From Moniliella sp. 'wahieum' (lineage: Eukaryota): a stretch of DNA of 64,000 nt. Below, one piece after another: positions 11,961 to 24,383 of this stretch. Made by a program: the position numbers and the translations under genes. Location of the stretch: positions 558,001 through 622,000 of the forward strand of contig RSEE01000013.1 in assembly GCA_003971905.1 (NCBI GenBank), given 5' to 3'. Position 1 is the stretch's first letter; the number at the start of each line of letters is the position of its first letter. Below the pieces are notes generated by a model. The model saw only the letters and a list, made by a program, of their open reading frames with translations. It did not search any database and was not told the DNA's origin.

Positions 11961-14844
11961 ATGGCTGCGTCTGCTGTCGACGCTGGGTGGGCCCCCGACG
12001 CTTCCGTCTACAGCGGCTTCCTCCAGCTCCTCGACGCCACCACCTCCGCCGACCGCGATGCCCAGCAGCGCGTCCACGAAGAGGTCGCCCGCCTCCAGGC
12101 CAACGTGCCCGACTCGCCGCCTACCTCATGTACGCCTTTGCCCATCCAGCCCCCCGGCTCCGCTGCCTCTGCCATCGCCGGCATCATGCTCAAGAACCAC
12201 CTCAACGACCACTACGACGACGCGTCCCCCCCCCTGCTCGACTATGTCCGTGCCGCTGTCTTCCCGCTCCTCGCCTCGCCCTCCGAAATGGTCCGCCGGT
12301 CCGCCGCCGGCGTCCTGACCTCGCTCCTCGAGCTTGGCCTCGCCGCCTGGCCCCAGGGCATTGCCCAGCTCATCCAGCTCATGAACAGCAACAATCCCGA
12401 CGAGATGGAGGCCGCGTTCAAGGTGTTTGCCAACCTGACCGAAGACATTGCGCCCACCTTGGAAGCTTGGTGATCAACGGCGACAAACCCATCGACGTTC
12501 TCATCCCCGGCTGGATCCAGGCTGCAACGTATACGGAGAAGAGGGTGCGCGTCCATGCGCTCAACTCGCTCAACCGCATGGCCGACCTGCCCTCGCTGAC
12601 GTTCCAAACGCACATTGACGCCTTTGTCAGTGCGCTCTTTGTCTTGGCCACAGACGAGGACCCCTATGTCCGCCGCGAAGTGTGCAAGGCCTTCTCCATC
12701 CTCTTGCACACCCGCTTTGACAAGCTCGAACCTCACCTGGATGGCGTCGTGGACTACATGCTCTACTCGATGCAGGAGGAGAACGAGGACGTGAACCTCG
12801 AGGCCGCCGAGTTTTGGCTCGAGTTTGCTGAGGAAGAGGCCATCTCGGCGCGTCTGCAGCCCTACCTCGGCAAGCTAGTCCCAGGCCTGTTGCAAGGCAT
12901 GACTTACTCGGAGGAGGAACAGCAACTGCTCGGCTCGGCCGAGGACGATGCCAACGTCCCCGATCGTCCAGAGGACATTGCCCCGCGGCATCTTCGTGGC
13001 GCTGGACATACGAATCAGCATGTGGAGGAGACGGCTGCCACGCAAAGCCGATCCCGCGCAGCTATCGATGCGCGCTTTGAGGACGATGACGATGAGGACG
13101 AATGGGACGAAATGAGTTGGAGGATTTCGACGATGAAGATGCCCACCGGTGGAACTGTAAATGCAGTGCTGCCACCTGGACGTGCTTGCCGTCCGATTTG
13201 GCGAGACGTTGCTGGAACCCTTGTTTGCCACTGTTGAGGGAACGCTTGTTCAGCCAGGACTGGCTCCAGAGGGAAGTGGCCCTGCTCGCGTTGGGTGCGG
13301 TAGCCGAGGGTGCCTTCAGCGGCATCGTTCCTCACCTCCCTACTCTTGTCCCGCTTCTGCTTAACACCCTGTCGGACAGCCAGTCGTTGGTCCGCTCCAT
13401 TACTTGCTGGACCCTTGGCCGCTACTCCAGTGGTATCGTCGCCGATGCCTCCCCGGAGCACTTGGCGACGTACTTTGCGCCTGTGCTGGAAGCTTGCTGC
13501 GCATGATTCTGGACCGGGTCAAGCGCGTACAGAAGCGGGCTGTATGCATTTGCTACACTTGAAGAGGATGCAGGCGTCACAATCGTTCCCTACCTCCCCC
13601 CACATTCTCCAGGCATTTTCCCAAGCCTTTCGCACGTACCAAAAGAAGAACTTGCTGGTCCTATACGATGCGATTTGCGTCATGGCCGATGCCGTCGGCT
13701 CCGAACTCAACCGTCCGAGTACCTCCAGACCCTTTTGCCCGTCCTGATGGACCGCTACACACAATGGACGACGACGACACCAACTTGATTGCTCTGTTGG
13801 AATGCTTGTCGTCAGTTGCCATCGCATCGGGCACGGGCTTTGCCCAGTACGCTCCCACTGTCTACGCCGCTCTGTGAGTATGGTGGCGGACGCGTTGCAG
13901 CGGTACGAGGGGGCGAGGTGGACCTGGACTTTGATGATGAGCGGGACTTTGTCGTGACGTCGCTCGATCTCCTGTCGGGTCTGTTGCAAGGCTTGCAGAC
14001 CCAAGCCCAGCCCTTGGTCGGGGACACATCGCATAATTTGATGCCGCTGCTGGTGCTGTGCCTCCAAGTGCCCGACAGCAGTATTCGTCAATCTGCCTAT
14101 GCGCTGATGGGGGATTTGGCCATCTTTGCCTTCCCGCAACTGGCGCCTTCGCTGCCCTACATCCTGCCTGAGATTGTGCGCCAAATCGAGCTGGCATCAC
14201 AAGAAGAAGCCGTTCAAGTCTGCAACAACGCCGTCTGGGCCGTGGGCGAGATCGCACTACAAATTGGCCCGGACGACCTCAAACCGTGGATCCAACCTTT
14301 GATTCAACGACTGGTCCCACTCCTGCTCGGTCGTACCCACAAGTCCCTGACGGAGAATGCGGCAGTGACACTGGGTCGACTGGGGCTGGTCGCGCCCGAA
14401 GCGGTGGCTCCGCATCTCGAGGTGTTTGCCCAAGCTTGGTGCACCTCCCTCTGGGACATTCGCGATAACGACGAGAAAGATTCTGCGTTCCGCGGCTTTT
14501 GCCGCATGGTCGAACTCAACCCCAACGCTATCACCAAGTCGTTTGGGTACTTTTGCATGGCCATCGTCCGCTGGCAAACGCCCAGCAAGGAACTGAATGA
14601 CCAGTTCATCAGGGTACGTCCCCTCCCCCCCCCTCCATTCCACCACTTCGCCCTCCCGCACTCTTTTTCTCTTTCTCTCTCTCATTTACGTATCCGTCGA
14701 CTGACCCCCCCACCCCCCTCCCTTGACCTGTGCCAGATATTGAACGGGTTCAAGCAATGATCGGTCCCGCCGAATGGGAAGCTAACAAACAGCAGTACCC
14801 CCCCCCTGATCGCGGAGCGACTGGCGTCGCGCTACGGCCTTTAA
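11961..14844 (+). CDS. KAP104: Importin beta-2 / transportin-1
   Basis: IAGIMLKN, VNLEAAEFW, acidic loop VPDRPEDIAPRH..EDDDDED, REVALLALGAVAEG, VRSITCWTLGRY, YQKKNLLVLYDA, VCNNAVWAVGEIA, LTENAAVTLGRLG, DNDEKDSAFRGFC. Intron at 14614-14736; ends RYGL-stop. Several frameshifts. Confidence 0.93.
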
Positions 14845-15313
14845 CTTTGAATCCCTTGCGCTTTTGCGGTGGGACAAGGGCCGAATTCACGCCTTTGCAT
14901 TTGCACGTACATCTTGGACCCCTCTTCTCCCCCTCCCTTACCCTTACCCTTCTCTCTCCCCTTAGCCTCCTCTCTCCCCTTAACAACAACAACACCCGGT
15001 GCCTGGTTTTACACCTCGGCGGTAAAGCATGCAAAGACAAAGATGGAGGAAATCAGGCTGAAACGCCAGCTTACTCTCTTTCTATCATATATCACCCCCG
15101 CTTCTCACTTGCGCCTCCCGCTCGCGCGCGCTCCAGTCCTGCTCCCTATCGCTTCGAGGTAGCCAGGTCACGCTCAGCATTCAGCCAACGTTCAACGTCC
15201 AGAGTTCAACGCTCAACCTTCAATCCCTTCAACTTCAACGTACTCAACCTTCATGCGTCACATACAACTTTTGAATGATAGGAGATGGGAAACCGCTCGG
15301 TCGGTTGCTGGTG

Positions 15314-17531
15314 CTAGGTTGGGGCTGGTGCTGTTGCGCATGCGAGGCGGGATGGTGCCAACGCGGCTTGCGCGACATGGGTTTGATACAGACATCTCAC
15401 ACGAGATGGTGCTAGACAGATATAGATTTCCTCGTCCTGCCTCTCTCTTGCTCTTGCTGTGGGTTTGGGTTTGGGTTGGCGTTGTCCCGCGTCACGTCCA
15501 ACCTTGTGGCGAGATGAGCGCGTCTGGCGGAGAAGAGAGGAACGGGTGGAGGTCGGGGAGCGCGCTGAGACACAATTCCCAATTGGTAGGGATGGGGAAG
15601 AGGGGAGGGTGCTGGGCCGGGGCAGGCAAAGTTGTAGGGGCGGAAGTTGCGCCGGCACTGTCGCTACCAGGAGCAGTGTAGAGGTGAGAAGGTAACGATG
15701 GCGAAGGGTTGACGCCTCGACGGGCTGTACGCACGCTCGAGTGGGAGGATAAGAGCGGAGCGACCTTTTCCATGCGGTCCAACAGTGCCTGTGCACTTTC
15801 GCGCTCAGCAGGGTCGGTGGGCAAGATGCCCTGAGGGTTGAGTTGGGTCAGGATGAGGTGGTGACGCAATAGGGCGGTGATGGACAAGACTGGGTGACCA
15901 AACAGGGCGAGGTTGAAGCCAATGTAAGGATGAGACTGGATCAAGTCGCGTGCCACGGTAGGCGTGAGCGTGTCGATAGGACAACTGGGTGCGAGGTACG
16001 CCCAAAACCGTAACACGTCTTCGAGGTACGCCCGGGACTTGAGGTAACACTCTTCGATTGAACTGCGGCGTCGCGCGTCGCGCCATCCCGTGACGTAGAA
16101 CGGATGGTGCCACGAGATGACCATGTGGTGCGCACGGAAGCGCAGGAGAAAGAGGGAAAAGATCAGTCGACGAGGCTGTTGTTCTGGGTGAGTGAGCGCT
16201 TGATGGAAGTTGCTCGGTAGGCTCGCATGCAGTTCGTCCAACTCCCTTTGCAGCTTGAGCGTCAACGCATACGATTCTTCTTCGCTCACGGTGTTCGCGC
16301 GTCGCGACGCACGCAAACACAGTCGCGAAATGTGGAAACGGTACATGATCGGTACGGTCCAGAAGCCAGATTGGTCGTTGGGCCACACCCAGGTATCGGT
16401 GTAGAGGAAGTAGGCGTAGGTTGGAGCAAGTCCAATGGCATCATCGGTCCTCGGCCGCCCTTGTACGTCCCTAGCATGTCAATCGTCATCAGCGCCACAT
16501 ACAACCGCATGTGGTCGTAGTACTCCTCCACTGTACAGTCGGGTGGAGGATCGAGGTGCAACTGGGCTGCCAGCCCGTTCTGCAGTACCCAGTCGTCATC
16601 ACGCTCGGCGTCCACAAGTTGGGCGAAAGGGACAAGACGAAGCACGCGACCAGCTCGACGCGCACAGTGTCGATGGTGGGACAGGAGCGGTGCTCAATCG
16701 ATAGAAGAAGCTGCAGGGTAGCCTCCATAAACGTATGGATGGGCCGGCCGTGGTACGTGTCGTAGAACCAGTGGTACAGCCCAGCGTTCGGAGAGAACAC
16801 CATCCCCGACACGACCAGGGCAAGCACCAGAGCGAGGAACTCTACGTCGGCGCGTTCGATTTTCATTTGGCCAGCTCGGATCGCGGCCAAAAACGTCTCG
16901 TGCCGCTCGTACCGGCGCCAAAAGACAGAAGGATTGACGACAGCCAAACCATCGGCCGTAGAGTCAAAATATTCCTCGCAGCAGCGTCGTACCACCTCTT
17001 CCGCCGGGTAGATGTGGACCGCATGAAGGACCGTGTCAGTCGAGGAAGGGGTGGTGAGCGAGACCCAGAAGCTGGGGTAAAACAGAGGAGGTGACCTGCT
17101 GCGCCAGCACGCGCTTGTCTGTCACAGAGGGCGAGCCAGGAGGCGGTGGCAGCGCCGGCGGACGCAGGGGGGCGCCTGGGCCAGCGCGCGATTGAGGATG
17201 GACTCGAGCCGGTCGATGCGCTGGTGGATGGGCTGACGGGCGCCCAGGGCGGCGCGAGGGGAGGCGGTGGAGGTGCAGACGCAGGCGCGGGCGAAAGGGG
17301 ACGCGGAAGGGAGTCGTCCTGGTACGAACAGCGCCTGGCCTGCCCTCGCGCGACACAGGTCCCACAGGCCGGCGCTACGCGGTCGCACTTGAGCTTTCGT
17401 TGGCGGCAGGTGGCGCAGGCGAGCTTGCGGGGCTTGCGGGGCGCCTTGCTGGACGGAGCGGATGGCGACGACGGCGTGTGCGGCGGCGGCGGCGAACGCT
17501 CCCGGCTGCCGCTCGGGCGGGGCGAAGACAT
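15314..17531 (-). CDS. Zn(II)2Cys6 fungal transcription factor
   Basis: RKPRKLACATCRQRKLKCDRVAPACGTCVARGQARRCSY binuclear cluster, followed by middle-homology-like segments in ORFs 16489-16995, 16286-16645 and 15492-16388 (LQRELDELHASLP, HHPFY). The 3' end is uncertain. Confidence 0.85.
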
Positions 17532-20356
17532 GGCGGGCGTGTGGTGGCCGCCGCGGCTGGCAGCTTCGCGGGGGGGCTTAAGCCGCCCGCAGACCCGCCC
17601 GACGCGCCTTCCGTTTCCCGCCGCCACGCCCGTCCCGTTGCATCCCGGCCGGTCACGTGCCGCAGCCTAACCGTCCCGCCCAGGGAAACAGCCTGCCCCC
17701 ACCAAGAACACCGCCAACGTAACCCTAAGGTATGACAGATCTTAAAGGGCCTGCTGGACTGCCTCGTGACCCCCTTTGCGGCATATGGTATCTCTATCCT
17801 GGCCTCGGCCAACGCTTCTGCTTCTGCTTCTGCCAGTAATGCCGGACCCCCCTTCCTGTCACGGGCTGCGGCAGACTCGAGATGGTCCGACCGAAGCTAA
17901 GGCCCGCCTGCTCCGCACATGTCCAGTAGAGTGTGCACCGCAGGCCAACCAAGTGTCATCATGATGGTTGGCTAAATTAAGTATCGTGGCCGAAGGGCCA
18001 TGCTTCGGGCGACAATAGTCGCCCCCCACCCAAGTCCAAGTCGGCCGGCCTAAATAGGCCACCGAGCTTCCAGTGAAGTGGCGGCATCTGCCGTCCGTCC
18101 CGTTTCCTTTCCGTTTCCTTTCTCGGTCGCGCCTGTGGCGACCATCCCCGCTTTTGACATGTCTCTCCTTCTACACCCCCTCTTGTATCCGTTTCCCTTT
18201 TGATACTGCCTGTACCCCTGGTTGATGGGATCTTTTCCCCCACCTTCCATTCTCGTCTCAACCCCCTCGTCTACCCTCTCGCCTATCCTGTCCGACTCCT
18301 GCCCGTTTTCCAGCCAATTGATCCAGTACAGGCAGCCTACTTTTCTTAGCGTCCGACATCTCCTCCGATCTCGTATCTCGTCCTCCAGCCATTCGTCAGT
18401 CCAGTCGCGCGAGCCCTCCTCTGGCCGCGTCGATTTCCAGTCTCAGTTGAGGCAGTGTTTGTCCGCCGCTGTCTCCTCCTCCCGTCCCTAAGTCCGGAGG
18501 CTTCAGACACGTTACTACGGCCCAAGACGGTGCAGATGCAGCCTTGCCACACGTGCAGCCGCCCCACCAAAGGCCTCTCCTCGTCCCTAGCTCCGCTCGG
18601 ATACACCAACCAGCCCAAGCCCCGAAACTACCGTGAGTCGACTTACCGTCGCCTAAGGGAGTGTACCCCCAAAAACCCCAGGGCGGGCCCCCTGGCGGCG
18701 CCCGCTCGTGACACCAACCGCCCAGAGTTCCTCGGCTCTTCGGACGCATCGATGATCACGGGCCAAACGTGGTTCTCGTACTTTGGTCAGACGGATATGC
18801 TGGGTGTGGATACGGGCTGTTTGCTCCACATTGGATCGCGGGGGGACGCGAACCTCGACCCAGCCTTGTTGGGATGGGAAGAACCGTTGCCGCCGCTCCC
18901 AGAGGCTCCGTCGCGGCTTCAGCTTCCTTAGCCAGAAAAAGAAGGTCTGGAATGGCTACCTTGCAGTGGTTTGAGTTGGAATACGCGTGTGCCCTGGGTG
19001 CTTCTTGATCATCCAGTCTATCAGCATGTCCGTCCCATCGTTACGTTAAGCACCAGCACCCTTGCTTTGGGTCGGACTCGACGGCAGCAAATCGGCCTCC
19101 TGCTGCTTACCCCCTCCTTTGCCTACCACCTACTCACTACGAATAGGCAGCTGGTTCCACTGTCCGGTGCATGCAACCCACCCTCGATGCATCGGCCCCC
19201 ACCAGCGAAAACGATATTTCACAAAGGAAGCCCGGTGGCTGTAGGGAAGAGGCAGATGCAGAGGCAGATGCAGAGGCAGATGCAGAGATAGATGTACCAA
19301 GCCAAGCGTGAATGGGACATACAGTGTACGCCCCTGTTGCACTGCACGGATACGTATACTGATCATCTCGATTCTCGATCCTGCCATACACACCTCGTTG
19401 GCCCCCTTTGCCTCGTTTTTTACCACCTAAAGTACCTAGTACGCCCACATCGCCCTCACCCCCTTTGTCGGCTGTACCCTGCATGCGCTGCGGATAGCGC
19501 CTATCCCACTGTCCTACTGTTAGTAGTGTGTCAACGTTCGCGGGTTGACCTCTCCCCCTCTCATCTCCATATGCTACTACAGCCAATGCTTAGTATTGCC
19601 TGACACAGGTTGATGTGGTGGACCGTGTCGTTTATAGCAGCAGCAGAAGACGATGTATGACACATGGATGGCAGTCCACCAAATAGCGACTACTAATCTC
19701 TACTTTCTCGTCTTTACCTCTATATGAAGTGAGCATTCCACGGCCAAAAGAAGGGCGACAGGGGTAGGTGAGCGCTGCGCGTGCAACTTCTCCCGTAGTA
19801 TCCCCTCTCCCAAACATCTGCAATGGGCTTTGCTGTGTCGTCGCGAACAACACAACTTGGCATGGGACAATGGGCCTCCGTGATACCGTGACATCCATGT
19901 CATCCATGTCAGTCACATGTCATCATAATGTCATCTGCGATGATGCATGATGCGGTGTCGAGAACCGACACGGCTGCGGACTGTGTATGCGAAATTTCCA
20001 TGTTCTGCGTCTTGGGGATAAAGCACATTGTTTGCCTATGAGGCATATATAAACTTTGCTTATTGTTTTCCCGTGATCGGCGCCGTAGCATTCATCTCTT
20101 TCCCGTTATAATGCCTCCGCTTGCAAATATCCCAACAAGCTGCGAAAGCACATACCAACAAGGCAGAAGGCGAACAAGGCAGACATCTCCTCCAACACTA
20201 TTGTTATAGGTTGCATGCTAGCTACTAGTATAATATCAACGCCACTGACATTTTAGTGCTGAACTATATACCCTTCTATAGATTGTCTTCGTCGCTGTTG
20301 ATGGTGTGGTTCATATGCTTGCTTCGCCGTTGATGCAGCATTCCTATTCAAACTCT

Positions 20357-22128
20357 TCATCTTCGCTGGCAGGGTCCAAAAGATGCGTGGGACGGACGAC
20401 TGGTCCGCGCAATGGGCCTACGCCGCCTCGCGCCCTCCCGGCGGTATGCTGAAGGGGCATCACCCACAGCAGCCCGGCGGCGTTGAGCAATCACTTGCGC
20501 CAGTGTTTCGGCATCGCGCTGCTCTGTGCTCGGTTGTCCCAGGCGCAAATTGAGGTTGCTGTGGCCCTTTGGAGGGGTTTTCAATGCGTACTCACCAGCA
20601 CATGCTTGAGATGATGCGCAACATGCCAAATAGAAGGCGTGGTGATTGTGATCGCCTCCTGCGCCCCCCCTGCGCCAATATCATGAATCGCTCGGAATGG
20701 GCCGTTTGGATCAATCTTGCACTTGCTCGAGCAGCAGCAGTGCTGTAGCCCTACAAGGTTGCCAATCCGCTTTATCCGGGTCCAAAATGATCAGCCATGA
20801 GTGTTGCACACAATACAAAACACGTGGATATAGGGATGGTAAACGTACACTGGCCAAGGCGAATCGTTCAGCATGGCGGGGCAATTCTTCCACGATGCGG
20901 CAATCGGATTCAGGCTGAACACGCCCAGTTACAAGCATTGGCTATAGACAATCCAGACCGAATCCAGGGGACCGTGCACCTTGTCAGTTGCAACGCCAAT
21001 GGATTGAACACCAATCGTAAACGGAGCTTGATTCCGGATGGCTGGTCGGGACCTTCCATACGCATGGTTACCCGGTGACCTTCACTTACACTTCCCCGGT
21101 TTGGGCGACCACATTCTTGGGCTTGGGTGAACATTGGGGTAAGTGAAGCGACCTTTGCTGATATTGCGGGAAATCGGGCCACCTCGCGTTGGGTCAGGCG
21201 AGGAAGAAAGTACCGATTCAAACCAAGATTTGGTTGATTGTCGATAGCTTTTGAAGGTAACATATCCTTTCAGGTATGCATGCGCAGGTTAGCCTCTAGC
21301 AACCATTGCATCACAAAAAGTGTTTGGCGGAGGGGGGGCGTAGCGGGCGTTCTTTTGGCCCTGATATCAGCCAAGCATTGAGCCATCAGATTCGCCGCAC
21401 CGGGGGGGCGAGGCAACTGCAACTTCCTGTTCCCTTTCCATTGAGGTAAGGTGAAACCAGGAGTCGAGTAGTGCTTGATTACCTCTTTGCGCCAAAGCAC
21501 GTGGATAATGTCGCGCGGTGGGGTTATGTCCATTTGTCCGTGTTGCAGCCGCACGTGCAGGCCCTACTTGCGTCTCGAACCGGGCAGTATCAGCATTGAG
21601 AACTGGGCCATAGTACCGAATGCAGGCCCGCACATGAGCAAAGAGAATGTGGAACTTGTGCTTCCGTTCCAACAGTGTCTCTTCCCCGGGGATCAGCGAC
21701 AATTTGTCCGCGAGGTCAAACAGAGCTTGTTGAACAGAATCCTGCATGGAGAGAAAAATTTAACCCTCATCCTCATCGACAACTATACCGTCTTCATGGT
21801 CTCGATCAGAGGCCTCGTCGTCAGGATTGTCCTGATACTCGTCAGGTGATGTGCCAGTTGAGCCGTTCTTTGAAAGGGGGGAGTCTCTGCCAGAGACCAA
21901 TGCTGCTAATTCCCTGGCTTCAGCCTCTTTCCTCATCCGATGTGCGAGTAGCCTCTTGCCCCTTGCGCGCTCGGCGGACCTCGTAACGTGCTTGTGGAAA
22001 GAACCCAATTGTATCGGCGGCGTGGAATGATTGCACACGAAACATCGATAGAGTACGGTGCCTTCGATGGTGACCGGGTCCCAATTTCTGTTTTCGGGAT
22101 CAAGTTCGGGGTTCCGGCGAGTGGGCAT
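20357..22128 (-). mobile_element. Decayed, internally deleted transposase-like gene of a basidiomycete CACTA/EnSpm-related element
   Basis: An N-terminal YRCFVC..HKH zinc-finger-like segment is joined directly to KHKFHILFAHVRACIRYYGPVLNADTARFE..RLQ..PRDII. This matches the KPKFHxLxHxxxxIRRFGP..TExFE..PSRDIA C-terminal motif I recall from this family. A later YCVQH motif is present, with multiple stops and frameshifts. Confidence 0.65.
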
Positions 22129-22625
22129 GCTGCTGGCAGATTGTGGGGTCGGGGGAGATGGTGATGGTGTGCCTGTAGGAGAGTCCTTCAGGTAGGTGAG
22201 CCGCTGAGCAGTTGTGTCTCTGTCCAGCGGAAGTGGGCTTGACCTGTGTCTGTTCGTTTTCACGCGCCTCACGAGTCACCGGTTACATGCTGCATCTTAC
22301 AGGTTGTGGAGCTTATCGACAAGCGGGACGAGCGAGGAGCGAGGAGCGACGAGAATTTTCGCGCGCGCGCGACCCTGCCGTGACGCGTGATGTGGCACGG
22401 CGCCAGACAAGCCCAGTTGGGCTTCACAGTGATGTGGCACCTGACATTGAATATTGAGCACTGGGTAACTCGGAGGGCGCCAGACTCGCTCTGTGTTTTA
22501 ATCATTCATTCCACCTTTTTTTTGGGTGATGATCGACGAAACAGCGGCCCCAGGCCTCACTTTGAGGTGGTACGGTCACATCTCGCTCCGCACATCTCAG
22601 CTCGCTCCCTGTACGGCCTCTGGGG

Positions 22626-24383
22626 ATGAGGCGACCACATAGCCGCATTCCTTTTAGGCGAACTGGATGCTCTCCCCCACCACCTTTCCCGCCATCATCT
22701 TTCCGTTGAGGCAGTACTGCCCACTCTACAAAGCCTCCCTCCCGCACCGCCAAGAGGTCCCAGGCATCTCGGACCAACCATGCCGCCCCGCCGCCCGAGG
22801 GACACCCGACGTATCAGCCCCGAGCCGGAGCCCTTGGTGGAGACTGCTTTCGAAGCTGACGAACTGATCCAGGAGGTACCGCGTGACGACGCCAGTGGGG
22901 TCACCAGCGGCTCTGGGGGGAGAGGGAGGAGCTCAGGACCCCGGGCCGGAGAGGTGTAGCCGCTTCTCCCTCTCCGGCTCCCAACCCGGATGGTTCAGTG
23001 CTTATGCATGCTTTGGACGAGCCGAGGGCGACGGCGATGAACAACGATTCAGATGAGGTGGATGTTGACGTTGACGACTTGTTACCGCGCCCAACAGACG
23101 CCGATGAAGAAGCGAGTCTCGTTATTCAGGAGAAATTTCCTTATATTCCGCCTGATCTGGCCCTTTCGCCGGCGGAGGAGGTCATTATTTCTTCGAACCG
23201 CTTGTTACACCGTCAAGTTGTATCACTCCTAGGGACAGTGAGATCACTCCATGAGGAAGCAAGAACCTTCGGGAGCTCTTTGTGTGAAACAGTGCGAAGC
23301 AAGAATCATTCGCCAGGGGCTTTACCATGGCCAACCCACGCCAGTACTTCGAACGCTTGCTGGAGCACAACAAGGTCGGGACCATCAGCTCTTGCCGCTA
23401 ACCCAACGATTACTTGCAAAGTACTGACATTTTCTCCCTCTTTACACGAACGGATCGCTACTCACAGTCCTGGTACAGAGAGCTCGCGGCATGGATTTTT
23501 CTGCATCCCGAGAGCAGGGACTGCAAAACAAAGACTTAGGCATGTTTTTCCGTCGGCAACTGGTTTGTTCGTCTCGAGGTCTCGAAGAATTTAACTTTGA
23601 CACGGCCCAACTCCTGGCTCACATCGGTCGAGAAAAACAGTTTGTCAACACCCTGTTGACGGTGTTCCTGAACCCGGCCTGGTCCACCATGCGTCGCCGC
23701 ATTTACGATTTGGCGGTACGTTGTGGCACATACCCGATATGACCATGACCTCTGTTGCTTGCAGTCGGAGATATTGACTTTTGGTCATTTCAGCCCATGT
23801 CTGTGGATGCAACGAACCAGGAGGTCTGGATGAAACAAACTGCGGCATGGACATCAAGGGCTTGGGGGAGTATAGGGGCCAACACGCAAGTCACGTTCCC
23901 ACGGTGTCTCGTCGCAAAGTCGTGACCATGCTTTTGGCTACAGCGATGTATAAGCAAATGTTGGGGGCGTGCGGCCAGACCAGACCCCCACCCGGGGCAG
24001 GGAATCAGCATCCCCGAGCAGGGAATCAGGATCCCGGAGCAGGGAATCAGGATCCCGGGGCACACCAGGTCGAGACGGGCGAGGATGCTGATGGCCTGCC
24101 GGAGGAAGACCTCACTGGAACAACTGGCCCCGCATCCCAAAAGGGCACCAAGAGGGCGAAGACACTGGACGCGTGGGCGGAGATCCAAAAGTTGATTGAT
24201 CAGGAACCCCGTATCATCGAGAAGTGCCGTGCAAAACGTGGTATTACCAAAACGCTGGAATGGGTCAACGGCATTTCTCCTCTCCTTCACTTTCCTCCTC
24301 CTTCAGTAGCCATTTCAAGGGCTCACCAACCCCTCTGCCCTACGAAACTTCACTGTAAGAGGATGGCGGAATGGACACCCTAA
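22626..24383 (+). pseudogene. Decayed second ORF, divergent from the transposase-like gene; probably the element's accessory gene
   Basis: Successive ORF fragments 22998-23594, 23491-23742 and 23781-24383 have protein-like composition (LDAWAEIQKLID) and are interrupted by stops and frameshifts. They lie head-to-head with the transposase remnant. Confidence 0.4.
23993..24055 (+). repeat. 21-bp tandem repeat x3 (GAGNQH/DP)
   Basis: GCAGGGAATCAG(C/G)ATCCC core repeated three times at 21-bp spacing. Confidence 0.85.
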
